This document shows, piece after piece, positions 42,494 to 53,111 of a stretch of 64,000 bases of DNA. Positions within the stretch are counted from its first letter, which is position 1, and each line of letters begins with the position of its first letter. The stretch is from Candidatus Bathyarchaeota archaeon (GTDB lineage: Archaea; Thermoproteota; Bathyarchaeia; Bathyarchaeales; Bathycorpusculaceae). The notes beneath the pieces are model-generated. The model searched no databases, had not been told where the DNA came from, and saw only the letters and a program-made list of their open reading frames with translations. The position numbers and the translations under genes were made by a program. Location of the stretch: positions 1 to 64,000 of the forward strand of contig CAVZPM010000035.1 in the NCBI GenBank assembly GCA_963777155.1. The letters run 5' to 3'.

Positions 42494-42669
42494 TGCGGTT
42501 CACTTCGGCATATTCTTTTATTCAGGGTTTTCTTTTTAAGGTTTTAAATCTAAGTATGGTCGTTTTGCAAGAAATGGCATTTTGGAGTCGCAATTTATCA
42601 AATACTTACCTTATTGGGAACAAAAAACCTTTATTTCTCAAGACGAGAAAAAGCCAGGTGTGAACAAAC

Positions 42670-43168
42670 ATGTTGATTGGCGCAATTTCTGATACACATG
42701 ACAATTTGCCCAAAATAGAAAAAGCAGTACAAAACCTCAACGAGCAGAAAGTTGGCTTAGTGCTTCATGCAGGTGACTATGTTGCAGGCTTTGTTATCCC
42801 TCGACTAGGCAAAACTAAACTGCCCTCTCATCGGTGTATTCGGGAACAATGACGGCGACCACGAATTACTGAAAAAACGATTTGACGATACCTCCAACTG
42901 CACGATCCACGACCGATTCGCTCAGGTTACTGTGGAGGGTTATCGAATTGCTCTTCTGCATGGACATGAGGCGGAACTTCTCTCGGCTATAATTGATAGC
43001 GGATACTTTGACGCCGTAATTCATGGTCACTCGCACAATATGGGTATTGAGCGCAGGGGCAAGAGTTTAGCCATAAACCCTGGTGAACTCTGTGGTTATT
43101 TGACTGGAAAATCCACTGTTGCCTTGTTGGATACAGTGAAGAATCAGGTTGAAATTGTTCAGGTTTAA
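42670..43168 (+). CDS. Metallophosphoesterase (YfcE/MJ0936-like; frameshift near 42808)
   Basis: SDTHDN, HAGD, GNND, LLHG, HGHSH, INPGE. Confidence 0.88.
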
Positions 43169-43270
43169 AGTTCGGTTGGGTTTTGGTTAGAAGTTTGCAG
43201 GATTTGAAGAAAATTGTGATTTGGGAGAGATTTCGGCAAAACTTTTAAGCTATAACATCGTTATGTTATT

Positions 43271-43498
43271 TTGAGCGTGACTAATATGCCAAAACCAAAA
43301 CAAAAAAGGCAGAAAGTACTCAACAAAATAGACCTAAAAGTAATAGACGTATTGCAAAAAGAAACAGAGACTCAAAACCTGCAAGAAATAGCTAACAAAA
43401 CGGGTGAAGCACCCGAAAAAATCGCAAAATCCCTCTGGAAACTCTTTATCAATAACGAGAAATTCATAAATGAAATGTTACTGCAAATCTACCTATAG
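43271..43498 (+). CDS. Small HTH-like protein
   Basis: IDLKVIDVL..NLQEIANKTGEAPEKIAKSL. Confidence 0.6.
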   Translation: MSVTNMPKPKQKRQKVLNKIDLKVIDVLQKETETQNLQEIANKTGEAPEKIAKSLWKLFINNEKFINEMLLQIYL

Positions 43499-43633
43499 AA
43501 AAAATTTCACGTGCCATTTATACTAAAAGGCCGTTTCTTAGCCTTTCGGAATGGTATTTTCTTTACCCCATCAAAACAAGACGAGTAGTTTTATCAATGT
43601 ATCTTCAAAACCCCTGATTTTTCATAGCTATTT

Positions 43634-44473
43634 TTGCATTCTTCGATGCGATCAGGTATAAATCAAGTAACCACTTCTACCTGGTTTCTTAACAAGAGGC
43701 AAAATAGCGTGTTTGACCAAAGAACAAGCAATGAATCATCAACGTTCATGACTGCCGCCGTTAAACTCAAGGACGCAATGACTTTTGAAAGCGCCGGTAA
43801 ATACGAGAGCGCTCTAACGTCTCTTGACCAAGCGATAGGAATCCAGAACGATTACGTTGACGCATGGCTCATAAAAGGCGTAATACTAAGCAAACTGGGC
43901 AAGTGTTGTGAAGCCCTCCAGTGTTATGACAAAATAATAGAGTTGGACCCAAACTTCCCCGACGCTTGGCGACTAAAAGCAGCGGTATACACTTCCCAGA
44001 ATCTACATCAAAGAGCAGTTGAATGCTTAGAAAAGACGGTTGAATTAAACCCAAACAGTCTGGAGTTCCGCCTAAGCTTAGCCACTGCCTTTCAGAGACT
44101 CAAGCGGTTTGAAGACGCCCTCAAATGCTATGCCCAGGCAAAAATGCAGATGCCAAACGACCCACGGATAGACTACTACATCGGAGTCATGTGGGGAAAC
44201 ATGGCAGACTACGAGAAAGCTTTGGTCTCGTTTGAGATAGCACTCAGGATTAAACCTGACTTTACCGATGCTATGCTGGGTAAAGGAATCATGCTGGCAA
44301 AACTCGGAAGAACCGAAGAAGCCAAAGCCTGCGCCAATAAGCTGCTCCAAATCAAAAACAACACAAAGGAAAAGGAAGAAACTATTCAAACCAAATCAGT
44401 GAACGAATCCATACGAGAAGAATACAACGCTGCCCAAAAAAAATTCAAAACCCAGTATTCTTCGACAAAATAA
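43634..44473 (+). CDS. Tetratricopeptide repeat protein (start possibly GTG at 43709)
   Basis: Repeated AWxxKGxxLxxLG..EALxCYD..LDP motifs. Confidence 0.9.
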   Translation: MHSSMRSGINQVTTSTWFLNKRQNSVFDQRTSNESSTFMTAAVKLKDAMTFESAGKYESALTSLDQAIGIQNDYVDAWLIKGVILSKLGKCCEALQCYDKIIELDPNFPDAWRLKAAVYTSQNLHQRAVECLEKTVELNPNSLEFRLSLATAFQRLKRFEDALKCYAQAKMQMPNDPRIDYYIGVMWGNMADYEKALVSFEIALRIKPDFTDAMLGKGIMLAKLGRTEEAKACANKLLQIKNNTKEKEETIQTKSVNESIREEYNAAQKKFKTQYSSTK

Positions 44474-44484
44474 AATCCTATTTG

Positions 44485-45420
44485 TTATTTACCCTTATTG
44501 TAAGGTTCCCTTAGATAGTTTGCTTTTACAAACATTTGTTCTAGTTCCTCATCGCTTGCACCTTGACGAATTGAAGTCAAAATGTCAGTCAGGTTATCGT
44601 TTCTCATTAGGCAGGGTTTTAGTTTACCGTCGCTGGTTACACGAAGACGCGTGCAGTGCATGCAGAAGTCGGTATTCTCTATTGGTTTTACGATTTCAAC
44701 AGTTGCGTTTGGCAAATGGTAGATTAACCGATTATGCATGAAGGGACGTTTCTCTACTGAAACGGCTTTTTCCTTCAACATGACCTCTTGCTCGTCTAGG
44801 CTGCGATGATGTTCCTTGTAGTAGACATCGCCCACGTTAACTGGGTCAAGCTCAATAAGCTGTAAAACAATGTTGTTGCGCCCAGCATACTCTATTAATT
44901 CTGGGACATCACCAACATTAACATCTTTTAAAACAACGGTGTTCAGCTTGACGGGGTTAAAACAAGCTTCAATCGCTGCTTTTACGCCTGCCAGTGCGTC
45001 TTCAAGTTTTCCGCCCGTTAACTTGTGGTAAGTTTCTGGATTCAGCGAGGGTAAACTAATGTTTACACGCCTGAGCCCGCAGTCATGCAGTTTCTTAGCC
45101 ATCCCCCTACCAAGCAGCAACCCATTAGTAGTTAAAGATAAGTCACGTAAACCAGGTAATGAGGCGATGCCTTTTACGATTTCGGTAAGGTCTTTGCGCA
45201 TTAGTGGTTCGCCTCCTGTCAACTTTATTCGGGCAATTCCTAAGCTCACTGCGACTTTGGCGATATGCACGATTTCGTTAACCGACATTATTTCTGCCGA
45301 ACGGTTGGCATGCTGCACTTCGCCTTCCCTGTGACAGTAAGCACAGCGGTTGTTGCATCGCTGGGTAATCGATATTCTCAGATTAAGAAGTGGTCTGCCG
45401 CAGTTGTCTGATAAAGTCAT
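44485..45420 (-). CDS. moaA: GTP 3',8-cyclase
   Basis: LRISITQRCNNRCAYC, TGGEP, FCMHCTRLRVTSDGKLKPCL. Confidence 0.95.
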   Translation of the reverse strand: MTLSDNCGRPLLNLRISITQRCNNRCAYCHREGEVQHANRSAEIMSVNEIVHIAKVAVSLGIARIKLTGGEPLMRKDLTEIVKGIASLPGLRDLSLTTNGLLLGRGMAKKLHDCGLRRVNISLPSLNPETYHKLTGGKLEDALAGVKAAIEACFNPVKLNTVVLKDVNVGDVPELIEYAGRNNIVLQLIELDPVNVGDVYYKEHHRSLDEQEVMLKEKAVSVEKRPFMHNRLIYHLPNATVEIVKPIENTDFCMHCTRLRVTSDGKLKPCLMRNDNLTDILTSIRQGASDEELEQMFVKANYLREPYNKGK

Positions 45421-45953
45421 CGTTGTTCACGTGCGTGCTTAACGATGTGAGGAACCTCGGGTAAAATAAGCATTTCCACCGCGGTTTTCACAGCGTTAGG
45501 CGAACCTGGAATGCAAAAGATAGCTTTTCCTTTTGCGACCCCAGCTACGGCACGGGACAAAACGGCTGCTGAACCCACTTTGTCATAACTTATTCTACGG
45601 AAGAACTCGCCGAATCCTGGTAGGGTTTTTTCAAAAAACGGTGTAACCGTTTCGATGGTTATGTCGGTGGGAGTTATTCCTGTGCCTCCAGAGAAAATCG
45701 CCACATCCAATGCAGCCAAACCTAAAACATACATGGCTTCATCCTGAATCATCGTTTGGTCGTCAGCTATTATTTTCTTGAACAGGACGTTTTGTCCTGC
45801 GTTTTTAAGCAACTCAACGATGGTGTCGCCGCCTATGTCGCTGACTTCTTTTTCGCCTTGCTCGATTTGTTTGTAGCGTGACGTGCTGCAGATGTAGACA
45901 CCAAAATTCAGGTTTTTTAGATGCTTTTGCCTTGTGCTGTTTGGAGCTTTCAC
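45417..45953 (-). CDS. moaB: Molybdopterin adenylyltransferase MoaB/MogA
   Basis: GGTGITPTDITIE, LPGFGE, SRAVAG, PGSPNA. Confidence 0.92.
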   Translation of the reverse strand: MKAPNSTRQKHLKNLNFGVYICSTSRYKQIEQGEKEVSDIGGDTIVELLKNAGQNVLFKKIIADDQTMIQDEAMYVLGLAALDVAIFSGGTGITPTDITIETVTPFFEKTLPGFGEFFRRISYDKVGSAAVLSRAVAGVAKGKAIFCIPGSPNAVKTAVEMLILPEVPHIVKHAREQR

Positions 45954-45959
45954 TCATAA

Positions 45960-46397
45960 TTATACCTGCTTGAATTTCTTAATAACATGAATATTCTCAA
46001 TCGCTGTAGAAGGGTATTGGCCATTAGCGTCTTTTTCATATTGCTTGGTCATGTCCCAAACCGTCAATAGTGCCATTGAGACAGCGGTTAAAGCTTCCAT
46101 CTCCACTCCCGTCTGCGCTTTGGTTTTGACTGTCGCAGTGGCGGATACTGTACCTCTATCGGAGACTTTCAAATCCACTTCTACATTAGTCAAGGGCAAC
46201 GGGTGACAAAGAGGAATCAGGTCGCTTGTCCTTTTAGCGGCTAGGACACCTGCAATCTTTGCAGTGTAAAGGGGATCACCTTTGGCGATTTTCCCAGCTT
46301 GAATCAAAATTATCGTTTCGGACTTTAATTTTATTGAACCTGTCGCCGTGGCTTCTCTGAAAATCTCTGCCTTACCCGATACATCAACCATAGCCAT
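45960..46397 (-). CDS. moaC: Cyclic pyranopterin monophosphate synthase
   Basis: MVDVSGK, LIPLCHP, TGVEMEAL, WDMTK. Confidence 0.95.
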   Translation of the reverse strand: MAMVDVSGKAEIFREATATGSIKLKSETIILIQAGKIAKGDPLYTAKIAGVLAAKRTSDLIPLCHPLPLTNVEVDLKVSDRGTVSATATVKTKAQTGVEMEALTAVSMALLTVWDMTKQYEKDANGQYPSTAIENIHVIKKFKQV

Positions 46398-46538
46398 TTT
46401 GTATTCCCTTCTGAGTTATGCTGTGGATATAGGTTGGTTTTGCTTGCTTTTATTAGTTGATGTAAGAAGACGTCAAGTTTGCTGACCCATATCTATAAGG
46501 GGTAACATTTATACTTAAAAATAACAATGTTATATACT

Positions 46539-46604
46539 ATGAGCGGGAGGCAAAAAAGTACCCTTGCCCAAAAAGGTACAATTTTTCTCCGCCCACCCGC
46601 TCAT
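46539..46604. other. Intergenic hairpin (candidate small RNA or leader structure)
   Basis: ATGAGCGGG/CCCGCTCAT, GGC/GCC, AAAAA/TTTTT, GTACC/GGTAC nested pairing. Confidence 0.5.
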
Positions 46605-46618
46605 TCCCCAACAAACAG

Positions 46619-46882
46619 TTACGGTTTCGCCCAAGCTTCAATCAAAGCCACCACAGCCTTCGCCTTAGATGAGCCCTCATTAAACCGGTACATCCGAACG
46701 CGACCATAAGTTCGCTCCTGCAATATGCCCTCAGACTCTAAAATCTTGAGGTGCTCAGATGTCGAGGTAAAATTAAGTTTTAGCCGCCTAGCAACATCAG
46801 AAACGTTGAGTTGCCCCAGTTGATAGATAAGTCTTAGAATTTTCATACGGGACTTTGAAGAGAAAACTTCCTCAAGCTCCAA
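46619..46882 (-). CDS. ArsR-like winged-helix protein
   Basis: SRMKILRLI..LNVSDVARRL..HLKILESEGIL. Confidence 0.85.
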   Translation of the reverse strand: MELEEVFSSKSRMKILRLIYQLGQLNVSDVARRLKLNFTSTSEHLKILESEGILQERTYGRVRMYRFNEGSSKAKAVVALIEAWAKP

Positions 46883-46886
46883 GATT

Positions 46887-48077
46887 TCACCTTCGTTCCT
46901 TTTCCATTCGCAAACTCGCCTCTAATTCCTTCTCCAACTCGCCAGCAGGTATGGTTGGCAAGGAAAGACGTGTTGTCCGCCCACGCAATTCAGCAGGCGC
47001 CACCTCAGTTTTCAGTACACCTAACTTAGAGAGGTATTGGGCATAGTTCCAAACTTGCGTATGCCCATTTGGCGTCTCATCGAACTCTTCGCAGGCAACC
47101 GCGTATGCTTTCTCAACTTCAGAGAGGGAAACGTAAGCTTGCTCGTTTTCCTTAAAGTAACGAGCAACAGAAAGCAGAAAAAGTCTCTCATGCAAACCCA
47201 ATGAAGCCAGTTCACCGCGTCGCAACCCTGGAATAATAGCTGACACAGCCATCCGAACATACTCAGGTTCTACACACCCAGCATCGTTTGCATCAGCATA
47301 TTTACCAGCACGCCATAACAACTCAATACCGAAACGGGCATTTCCGGTCTCAGAGAAGGCCACTTCCGCAATCAAATCCACCACGTCCTCAGGCATTGAG
47401 CCCAAGTTAAAAGCCAACGTAACACGGTCGTTTAAGATGTCTACGAGCTGTGGCTTGCCATACCGTTCAAGGCTTATAATGCTTCTTTGCAGAGTACTCC
47501 TTGAGCTTTCATCCAGTTGTTCAACTGCTTTCAAATCACGCATAATAAAAATGAATGATAGCCTCTGGGGTTTGTCCTGCCGCGTTTCCTGCAACCGCGT
47601 GAGTTTGTAGACAGCATCAGCGCCTTCTTTCTCGATTAGGCTGTCAAACTCGTCAAGAGTCAATATCATAAAGGCGTTCTCTTCGTCCAAAACCTGCATG
47701 AGCGTCGAAAGAATTTCTTCAGCTCCGTAACCGCGCGCTGGGTAGTTGGGTCGATAAACGGTAACAGTTCGATGTAGAATCGGCTGAAGACTTCCGCGGT
47801 ATTCCCGGCAGTTAATGTGGACGTAGCGGAATTTTAAGCCGCGTTTATTAGCTTCCGAGGTGATGCTTGCACCAAAGTGCTGTGCAAGCGCTGTTTTTCC
47901 CGTACCCACATCGCCAGTCAAGATTACCCGTTGAGTCATTCGCTCAGGACAGCGTAAAATAAAGTTGAAGAATTCAAGAAGTAGGCGGTGTTGAGTTTCT
48001 CTGTGTGGCAGTTTTTGCGGAATGTAGTTTATGTCAAGCCTCGATTCGTCTTTGAACACGCTTTGACGCGGCGCCAC
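46887..48077 (-). CDS. cdc6: Orc1/Cdc6 family replication initiator
   Basis: YIPQKLPHRE, GDVGTGKT, HINC, LDEFD, GNAR, C-terminal wHTH. Confidence 0.93.
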   Translation of the reverse strand: MAPRQSVFKDESRLDINYIPQKLPHRETQHRLLLEFFNFILRCPERMTQRVILTGDVGTGKTALAQHFGASITSEANKRGLKFRYVHINCREYRGSLQPILHRTVTVYRPNYPARGYGAEEILSTLMQVLDEENAFMILTLDEFDSLIEKEGADAVYKLTRLQETRQDKPQRLSFIFIMRDLKAVEQLDESSRSTLQRSIISLERYGKPQLVDILNDRVTLAFNLGSMPEDVVDLIAEVAFSETGNARFGIELLWRAGKYADANDAGCVEPEYVRMAVSAIIPGLRRGELASLGLHERLFLLSVARYFKENEQAYVSLSEVEKAYAVACEEFDETPNGHTQVWNYAQYLSKLGVLKTEVAPAELRGRTTRLSLPTIPAGELEKELEASLRMEKERR

Positions 48078-48259
48078 TTACATTCCTCAAGATAAGAGAT
48101 TATTGTTTGGGTAATATTATGTTTTAAAAACATATGTATAAGTTTGTATCCTAAAATGAAAGAAACCTCTTTAACCTAGAAAAGACAAAATTGTTTTAGA
48201 GCACGGTTTCTATAAAAAACAATAAAGCGAGGTAGATCAGCATAGAATATTCCGAGAAA

Positions 48260-49042
48260 ATGCCTGTCCTCTTTGTAGGTCATGGCTCACCGATGAATAT
48301 AATACTAAAGAACAGTTACACCAAAAGCCTCGCAAAAACCTCCAAAGAGATCCCAAAACCCAAAGCCATACTGGTCATATCAGCTCACTGGCTAACAAAC
48401 GGCACATTTGTTACATGTGTGGAAAAACCAGAAACTATCTACGACTTCTATGGCTTTCCAGATGAACTATACCAGCTCAATTATCCAAGTCCTGGCTCAC
48501 TGGAAAACGCTCAACTAACCATAAAAATGGGAAAGTCTGCTCAGATAAAGTGTGGAATCTGGGGATTGGATCATGCAGCTTGGGCAGTCTTAAAGCACAT
48601 GTATCCAGATGCAGACGTCCCAGTTTTCGAGTTGAGCTTGGATTACTCGCCCTATAATAATTGGAACCCAAAGTCGATGGAGTATCACTATAATTTAGGC
48701 TCAGAGCTTGCGCCGTTGAGGGAGAAAGGGGTTCTTATCATCGGCAGCGGGAACATCGTCCATAATTTGGGGATTATCGATTTTGACATTGATGCCAAAC
48801 CATTTGAGTGGGCTGTAAAATTTGATGAACAAGTTAAACAATGCTTGATTTCAGGAAACCACAAAGCTTTAATCAACTACCTTAAACTGGGAAAAGAGGC
48901 AAATTATGCGGTGCCAACTCAAGATCACTATCTGCCAATGATTTACTCGATTGGACTCCAAAGAAAAGGTGAAAGGTTGAAGTTTATCCATGAAGGGTTC
49001 CAGAATGGTTCAGTTTCGATGCGAGCTTTCCAAATAGGCTAA
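48260..49042 (+). CDS. DODA-type extradiol ring-cleavage dioxygenase (YgiD-like)
   Basis: FVGHGSPM, ISAHW, YDFYGFP, GLDH, GSGNIVHNL, DHYLP. Confidence 0.92.
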   Translation: MPVLFVGHGSPMNIILKNSYTKSLAKTSKEIPKPKAILVISAHWLTNGTFVTCVEKPETIYDFYGFPDELYQLNYPSPGSLENAQLTIKMGKSAQIKCGIWGLDHAAWAVLKHMYPDADVPVFELSLDYSPYNNWNPKSMEYHYNLGSELAPLREKGVLIIGSGNIVHNLGIIDFDIDAKPFEWAVKFDEQVKQCLISGNHKALINYLKLGKEANYAVPTQDHYLPMIYSIGLQRKGERLKFIHEGFQNGSVSMRAFQIG

Positions 49043-49069
49043 AATCGAGAACAAAAAAGGGAAGGAAAA

Positions 49070-49909
49070 TTATTTTGCATAGGCCTCGACAAGGTCGCGT
49101 GCAGTTATAATACCTACGAACTTGCCGTTTTTGACAACAGGCAATCGTCTAATATGCTTTAATGCCATTGTAGCTGCGGATCTATGAACGCTGGTGCCAG
49201 CAGGAATAACAGCTAGAGGCGATGAACAATCCATTCCTACTTCGGTAAACAAATCCCTACCTTGCGCCAAGAAGGCGGTGATCAGGTCTCGTTCAGTAAA
49301 AATCCCAAACGGTTCTCCATCGCGGGTAATTAGAACGCTACCGATGCGCTTGCTACCCATTATTTTAGCTATGCTGATAACAGATGTTTCTTTGTCAGCG
49401 GTAACAACCTCTTTAGTCATGAAGTCGTCGACTTTAACCTCAGTCTCAGGAACATCGGGTAAACTCTTGATTAAATCTGAAGCGGTTATGATACCCACAA
49501 GCATTCCAGAATCAAATACTGCAAGTCTGCCTTTCTGACTAATCATCATCTTGGCAACTTCTTTTATCTTGGAATTGTAAGAAATACCGTTAAGCGGGTA
49601 CGACATTACATCTTCGACTTTTCCGTCTCTAAGAAATAATCCATACGCCAAGACCTTACTCAGCAAGTCCCGCTCTGTAATTATGCCCACCGGTGTTTTG
49701 TATTTAACAACAATTAGGCTTCCAATGTGTTTTTCACCCATTATTCGGGCAGCCTCATTTAGCGAAGATTCCGGAGTTGTGGTCACGACGTCCTTGCTCA
49801 TTAGTTCGTTTGCCATTCGATAACGTGGCAAATCACGTTTGTACTGTTCATAAGCTATGTCTACGACGCCTGGCAACTTCCTTTTAATTTCTTCTTGAGG
49901 TGTCGCCAA
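49070..49909 (-). CDS. 4xCBS domain protein
   Basis: Repeated GIITERDL / GIITASDL / GIFTERDL / GIITARDL. Confidence 0.92.
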   Translation of the reverse strand: MATPQEEIKRKLPGVVDIAYEQYKRDLPRYRMANELMSKDVVTTTPESSLNEAARIMGEKHIGSLIVVKYKTPVGIITERDLLSKVLAYGLFLRDGKVEDVMSYPLNGISYNSKIKEVAKMMISQKGRLAVFDSGMLVGIITASDLIKSLPDVPETEVKVDDFMTKEVVTADKETSVISIAKIMGSKRIGSVLITRDGEPFGIFTERDLITAFLAQGRDLFTEVGMDCSSPLAVIPAGTSVHRSAATMALKHIRRLPVVKNGKFVGIITARDLVEAYAK

Positions 49910-50088
49910 AAAAATTCCTCAATACAAGTAATAGTCGGAAGGTCTAATTAAGTTTCCACACTAACAACCCTTCGAATCTAATCACTTTCGGATAGCTGTT
50001 AGATACATAGAGAAATAGTATAGGTAGACTAAGTTTCAAAACACAACACTAATAAATGCATACTGCAATCCTATTTTCCGACACTAAC

Positions 50089-50652
50089 ATGATACCAAAA
50101 TACTTCTTTTTCACTAAAGGAGTCGGTAAACATAAAGAGCAACTCCAATCATTCGAATTAGCCCTGCGAGATGCAGGCATACAGATGTGCAACCTCGTCA
50201 GCGTATCCAGCATCGTTCCACCCGGATGTGAACTGGTAACACGGGAAAAAGGCTTAAAAATGATTCAACCCGGAGAAATCACCTTCGTAGTCATCGCCCG
50301 CAACTCAACTAACGAACCACACAGGCTTGTTGCATCCTCGGTCGGCGTTGCTATTCCCTCGGGGAAGAACCAGTATGGCTATCTCAGCGAACACCACAGC
50401 TTTGGGCAAACCGACGAAACAGCAGGCGAGTACGCAGAAGACCTCGCAGCAACCATGCTTGCAACCACCATGGGCATCCAGTTTGACCCAGAGACCGCGT
50501 GGGATGAACGCAAAAAAATCTTCAAAACCACAGGCCTCATAATCAAAACCGCCAACACCACACAGTCAGCAGCAGGCGACAAAAACGGCCTCTGGACCAC
50601 AACCGTTGCCGCAGCAGTGCTAGTTCCGCAAGAAAACGGCAAAAAAGAATAA
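50089..50652 (+). CDS. pdaD: Pyruvoyl-dependent arginine decarboxylase
   Basis: [37 protein letters not shown]. Confidence 0.92.
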   Translation: MIPKYFFFTKGVGKHKEQLQSFELALRDAGIQMCNLVSVSSIVPPGCELVTREKGLKMIQPGEITFVVIARNSTNEPHRLVASSVGVAIPSGKNQYGYLSEHHSFGQTDETAGEYAEDLAATMLATTMGIQFDPETAWDERKKIFKTTGLIIKTANTTQSAAGDKNGLWTTTVAAAVLVPQENGKKE

Positions 50653-51051
50653 GAGAGAAAAAGGGTTAGCAAGTTTCTTTAGGACTTGCAAATTTGCTTA
50701 TTCTCAGCATTTCCGTCTTAAAGAAATATAAAAATCTAATTAAATCGCAAAAACGCAAGTTTCATTGGATTATGAGTGAGCCAAATGTGGTTTTTCGGTT
50801 ACAGATTAGCTCAAACCAGTTTCTACGCATTCATCATCCATCATTGCCTTCAAGTTCTTAATTCTGTAGAAGTTGCAACCCTCCACAACAAACAATTGCA
50901 ACAACAACTTCTTTCCAACCCCATTGCTGCATACAACAAACTCCTAAAAACTTGAATAGTAAACGTCCAACCGCAAAAGGCATAATTGGAAAACGACTTT
51001 CTAAACTACGGCCTTTCTAGAGGAGTAGTTGTGAATTGTTTATCGCTACTT

Positions 51052-51852
51052 TTAAGAAACATTAAAAAAAGATTCCAGCTTGGAATTCTCAGTTTTCCTA
51101 AGGACTTCCGCGCAGACTTTTGGGTCAAGCGCCTTAAACTCCAAGCCAAGCGTCACCAGCAACCGCTGCACATCCTTGCCAAGGCTTGGCGCAACCAGGA
51201 CCGCTCGGATGTCGCGATTAACTTTAGCTTTTATAGGTTCAATATACTTTGCCAACTGCAACGCAGCTTCTTTGCTCGCAGTTTTGCGTTTAACTTCCAC
51301 GATTACGAGCTTGCCGTTTTTGTCTTCGCCGTAAATATCTACGAAGCCTGGTTCAACTTTTTTCTCCCAGCTAATAGGCTTAAATCCTTCCTCCAAAAGA
51401 GAAGGCTTTAGAAGAATCGCTCGGTGCATGTCGTCTTCGCTGGCGTACAAGAGAAAGTCGCCTGCATCAGCCAAGTTAAGGGCGGAAGCCATGTAGACGT
51501 TGCTGAATGCAACTTTGACGCTTTCGCGTGGTTTCTGTCTAACGCCATGAATCTCCAACTCGCTCTCTTTAACTTGAACATGGAAAATACTGCCTGCAGG
51601 TTGCCAGTTTACCGGTTCGTAGCCGACTGGACGATGAACAAGCAGTGAACCGTCGGATTTTATGATTAGGAGACGTTCTCCAGGTTCAAGTGTTGAACGT
51701 GCCCTTCCAACATAATGTACGTGGCAAGTGCCAGCGACAATGAGGGTTCTTCGCTGTGAAAAGGCTTTCTCAATTAGGGCAGCAGCTTCCGACAAGGTTG
51801 GTTCAGTTAGGACTGCAAGTTTGTTTGGTTGTTGCATTCTTGTTTTCGCCAA
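51052..51852 (-). CDS. nucS: Mismatch-specific endonuclease NucS/EndoMS
   Basis: YVGRARSTL, KSDGSLLVH, PVNWQP, VD..VEVKR..QLAKY. Confidence 0.95.
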   Translation of the reverse strand: MAKTRMQQPNKLAVLTEPTLSEAAALIEKAFSQRRTLIVAGTCHVHYVGRARSTLEPGERLLIIKSDGSLLVHRPVGYEPVNWQPAGSIFHVQVKESELEIHGVRQKPRESVKVAFSNVYMASALNLADAGDFLLYASEDDMHRAILLKPSLLEEGFKPISWEKKVEPGFVDIYGEDKNGKLVIVEVKRKTASKEAALQLAKYIEPIKAKVNRDIRAVLVAPSLGKDVQRLLVTLGLEFKALDPKVCAEVLRKTENSKLESFFNVS

Positions 51853-51886
51853 CTATTTTAGTCAGGCATTGGGTACATAAGATTTC

Positions 51887-52453
51887 TTGAAGGAAAAACA
51901 ATTGGCAACTTGGAAAGACAAGCTCAAAGTCATGCAGAGCTACGATGTGACAGCGGAAATGTATGAGGAACGATATGCAGAAGAGCAGCAAAGGAAATAC
52001 AAAAAAGCGTTAGAAAAAGTTAACGTTTCCGACAAGGTATTGTTGGATGTTGGTTGCGGTTCAGGATTGTTTTTCCGAGAAGTTGCCAAAGACGCATTGA
52101 TGGCTGTTGGAGTGGATATTTCACGCAAACTGCTCTTTAAAGCAAAAGAACAGGCAAGGGCTTTTCCAAACACTTTTGTTCTACAAGCAGATGCAGACCA
52201 CCTGCCTTTCAAAAAAGAATGTTTTGATCACGTTTTTGCTTTTACTATACTCCAAAACATGCCTAAACCCAATGAATCGTTGAAAGAGTTAAAGCGGGTT
52301 GTTAAACCAGTTGGTAGGGTTGTGGTGACTGGGTTGAAGAAAGCGTTTCCACTTGAAAAGTTCTTGGATATTTTGGAAAACAGTGGTTTGAAAGTTACTG
52401 CCTTTGTTGACGATGAAGAGGTAAATTGTTATGTTGCAGTGTTAACTGTTTAG
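51887..52453 (+). CDS. Class I SAM-dependent methyltransferase
   Basis: LLDVGCGSG, GVDIS, ADADHLPF. Confidence 0.92.
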   Translation: MKEKQLATWKDKLKVMQSYDVTAEMYEERYAEEQQRKYKKALEKVNVSDKVLLDVGCGSGLFFREVAKDALMAVGVDISRKLLFKAKEQARAFPNTFVLQADADHLPFKKECFDHVFAFTILQNMPKPNESLKELKRVVKPVGRVVVTGLKKAFPLEKFLDILENSGLKVTAFVDDEEVNCYVAVLTV

Positions 52454-52463
52454 CTTTTAGGTA

Positions 52464-53111
52464 CTATTCTTCCTCTTCTTGGGGTTCGGATTCTTCGGCT
52501 GCTTCCACTTCTGAATCCTGTTCCGGTAGTGGTGCAGCTGCTTCTTCTTGCTGTTTCTCCGCGTTAAGCAACATGTTGATTAGCGATTTTTGATCCACTT
52601 CGGCGCGTGTCCGCCAATCCAAGTATAGCAATCCCTTATCGTCTTGCATCAGGTAGCCATAACGGATGTAGCGATCTATGTTTAAACCAATCTTCCAGTT
52701 TGGCATTTTCTCGCCGAGCATTTTTTCAACGTCTTTGCGTGCTGCTTGACCCTTTTTGCTGATGATGTAACTTATGGTTATGGCTAAACCCGCTAAATCG
52801 TCTATGCGCCAACCCATTAACTTTTCCTTAGTTACCGAGCCATTCGAAAGAGCAACGAAGAAACGTGCCTTATCCAATTCTTCAATCGTTGGTTTTTCGG
52901 GAGTTTTTTCTTCTTCAAAAACCACTCTAACTTGCAAGTCCATCGGTTTTAGGTAATCTTCTAGCAAGTCAAGAACTTTGGGGTAATCTGAACCTATGGC
53001 TTTGTGAAGTTCCCAGCCTTTCACACCCGGCTTCTGATGACGCTTATAGAAAAGCATCAGTGTTGCTTTCTTGACTTTACCTGAGTAAACGCCTTTTTTC
53101 TTAACGCTCAT
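52464..53111 (-). CDS. KITE-like tandem winged-helix SMC accessory subunit (Nse1/Nse3/ScpB-type)
   Basis: Two predicted wHTH units ending YIRYGYL..LLYLDWRTRAEV; acidic tail; ATGA overlap with upstream gene. Confidence 0.6.
   Translation of the reverse strand: MSVKKKGVYSGKVKKATLMLFYKRHQKPGVKGWELHKAIGSDYPKVLDLLEDYLKPMDLQVRVVFEEEKTPEKPTIEELDKARFFVALSNGSVTKEKLMGWRIDDLAGLAITISYIISKKGQAARKDVEKMLGEKMPNWKIGLNIDRYIRYGYLMQDDKGLLYLDWRTRAEVDQKSLINMLLNAEKQQEEAAAPLPEQDSEVEAAEESEPQEEEE

Noticed and set aside
46398-48259. Replication origin next to orc1/cdc6
   Set aside because: No repeated ORB-like boxes recognised in either flanking spacer
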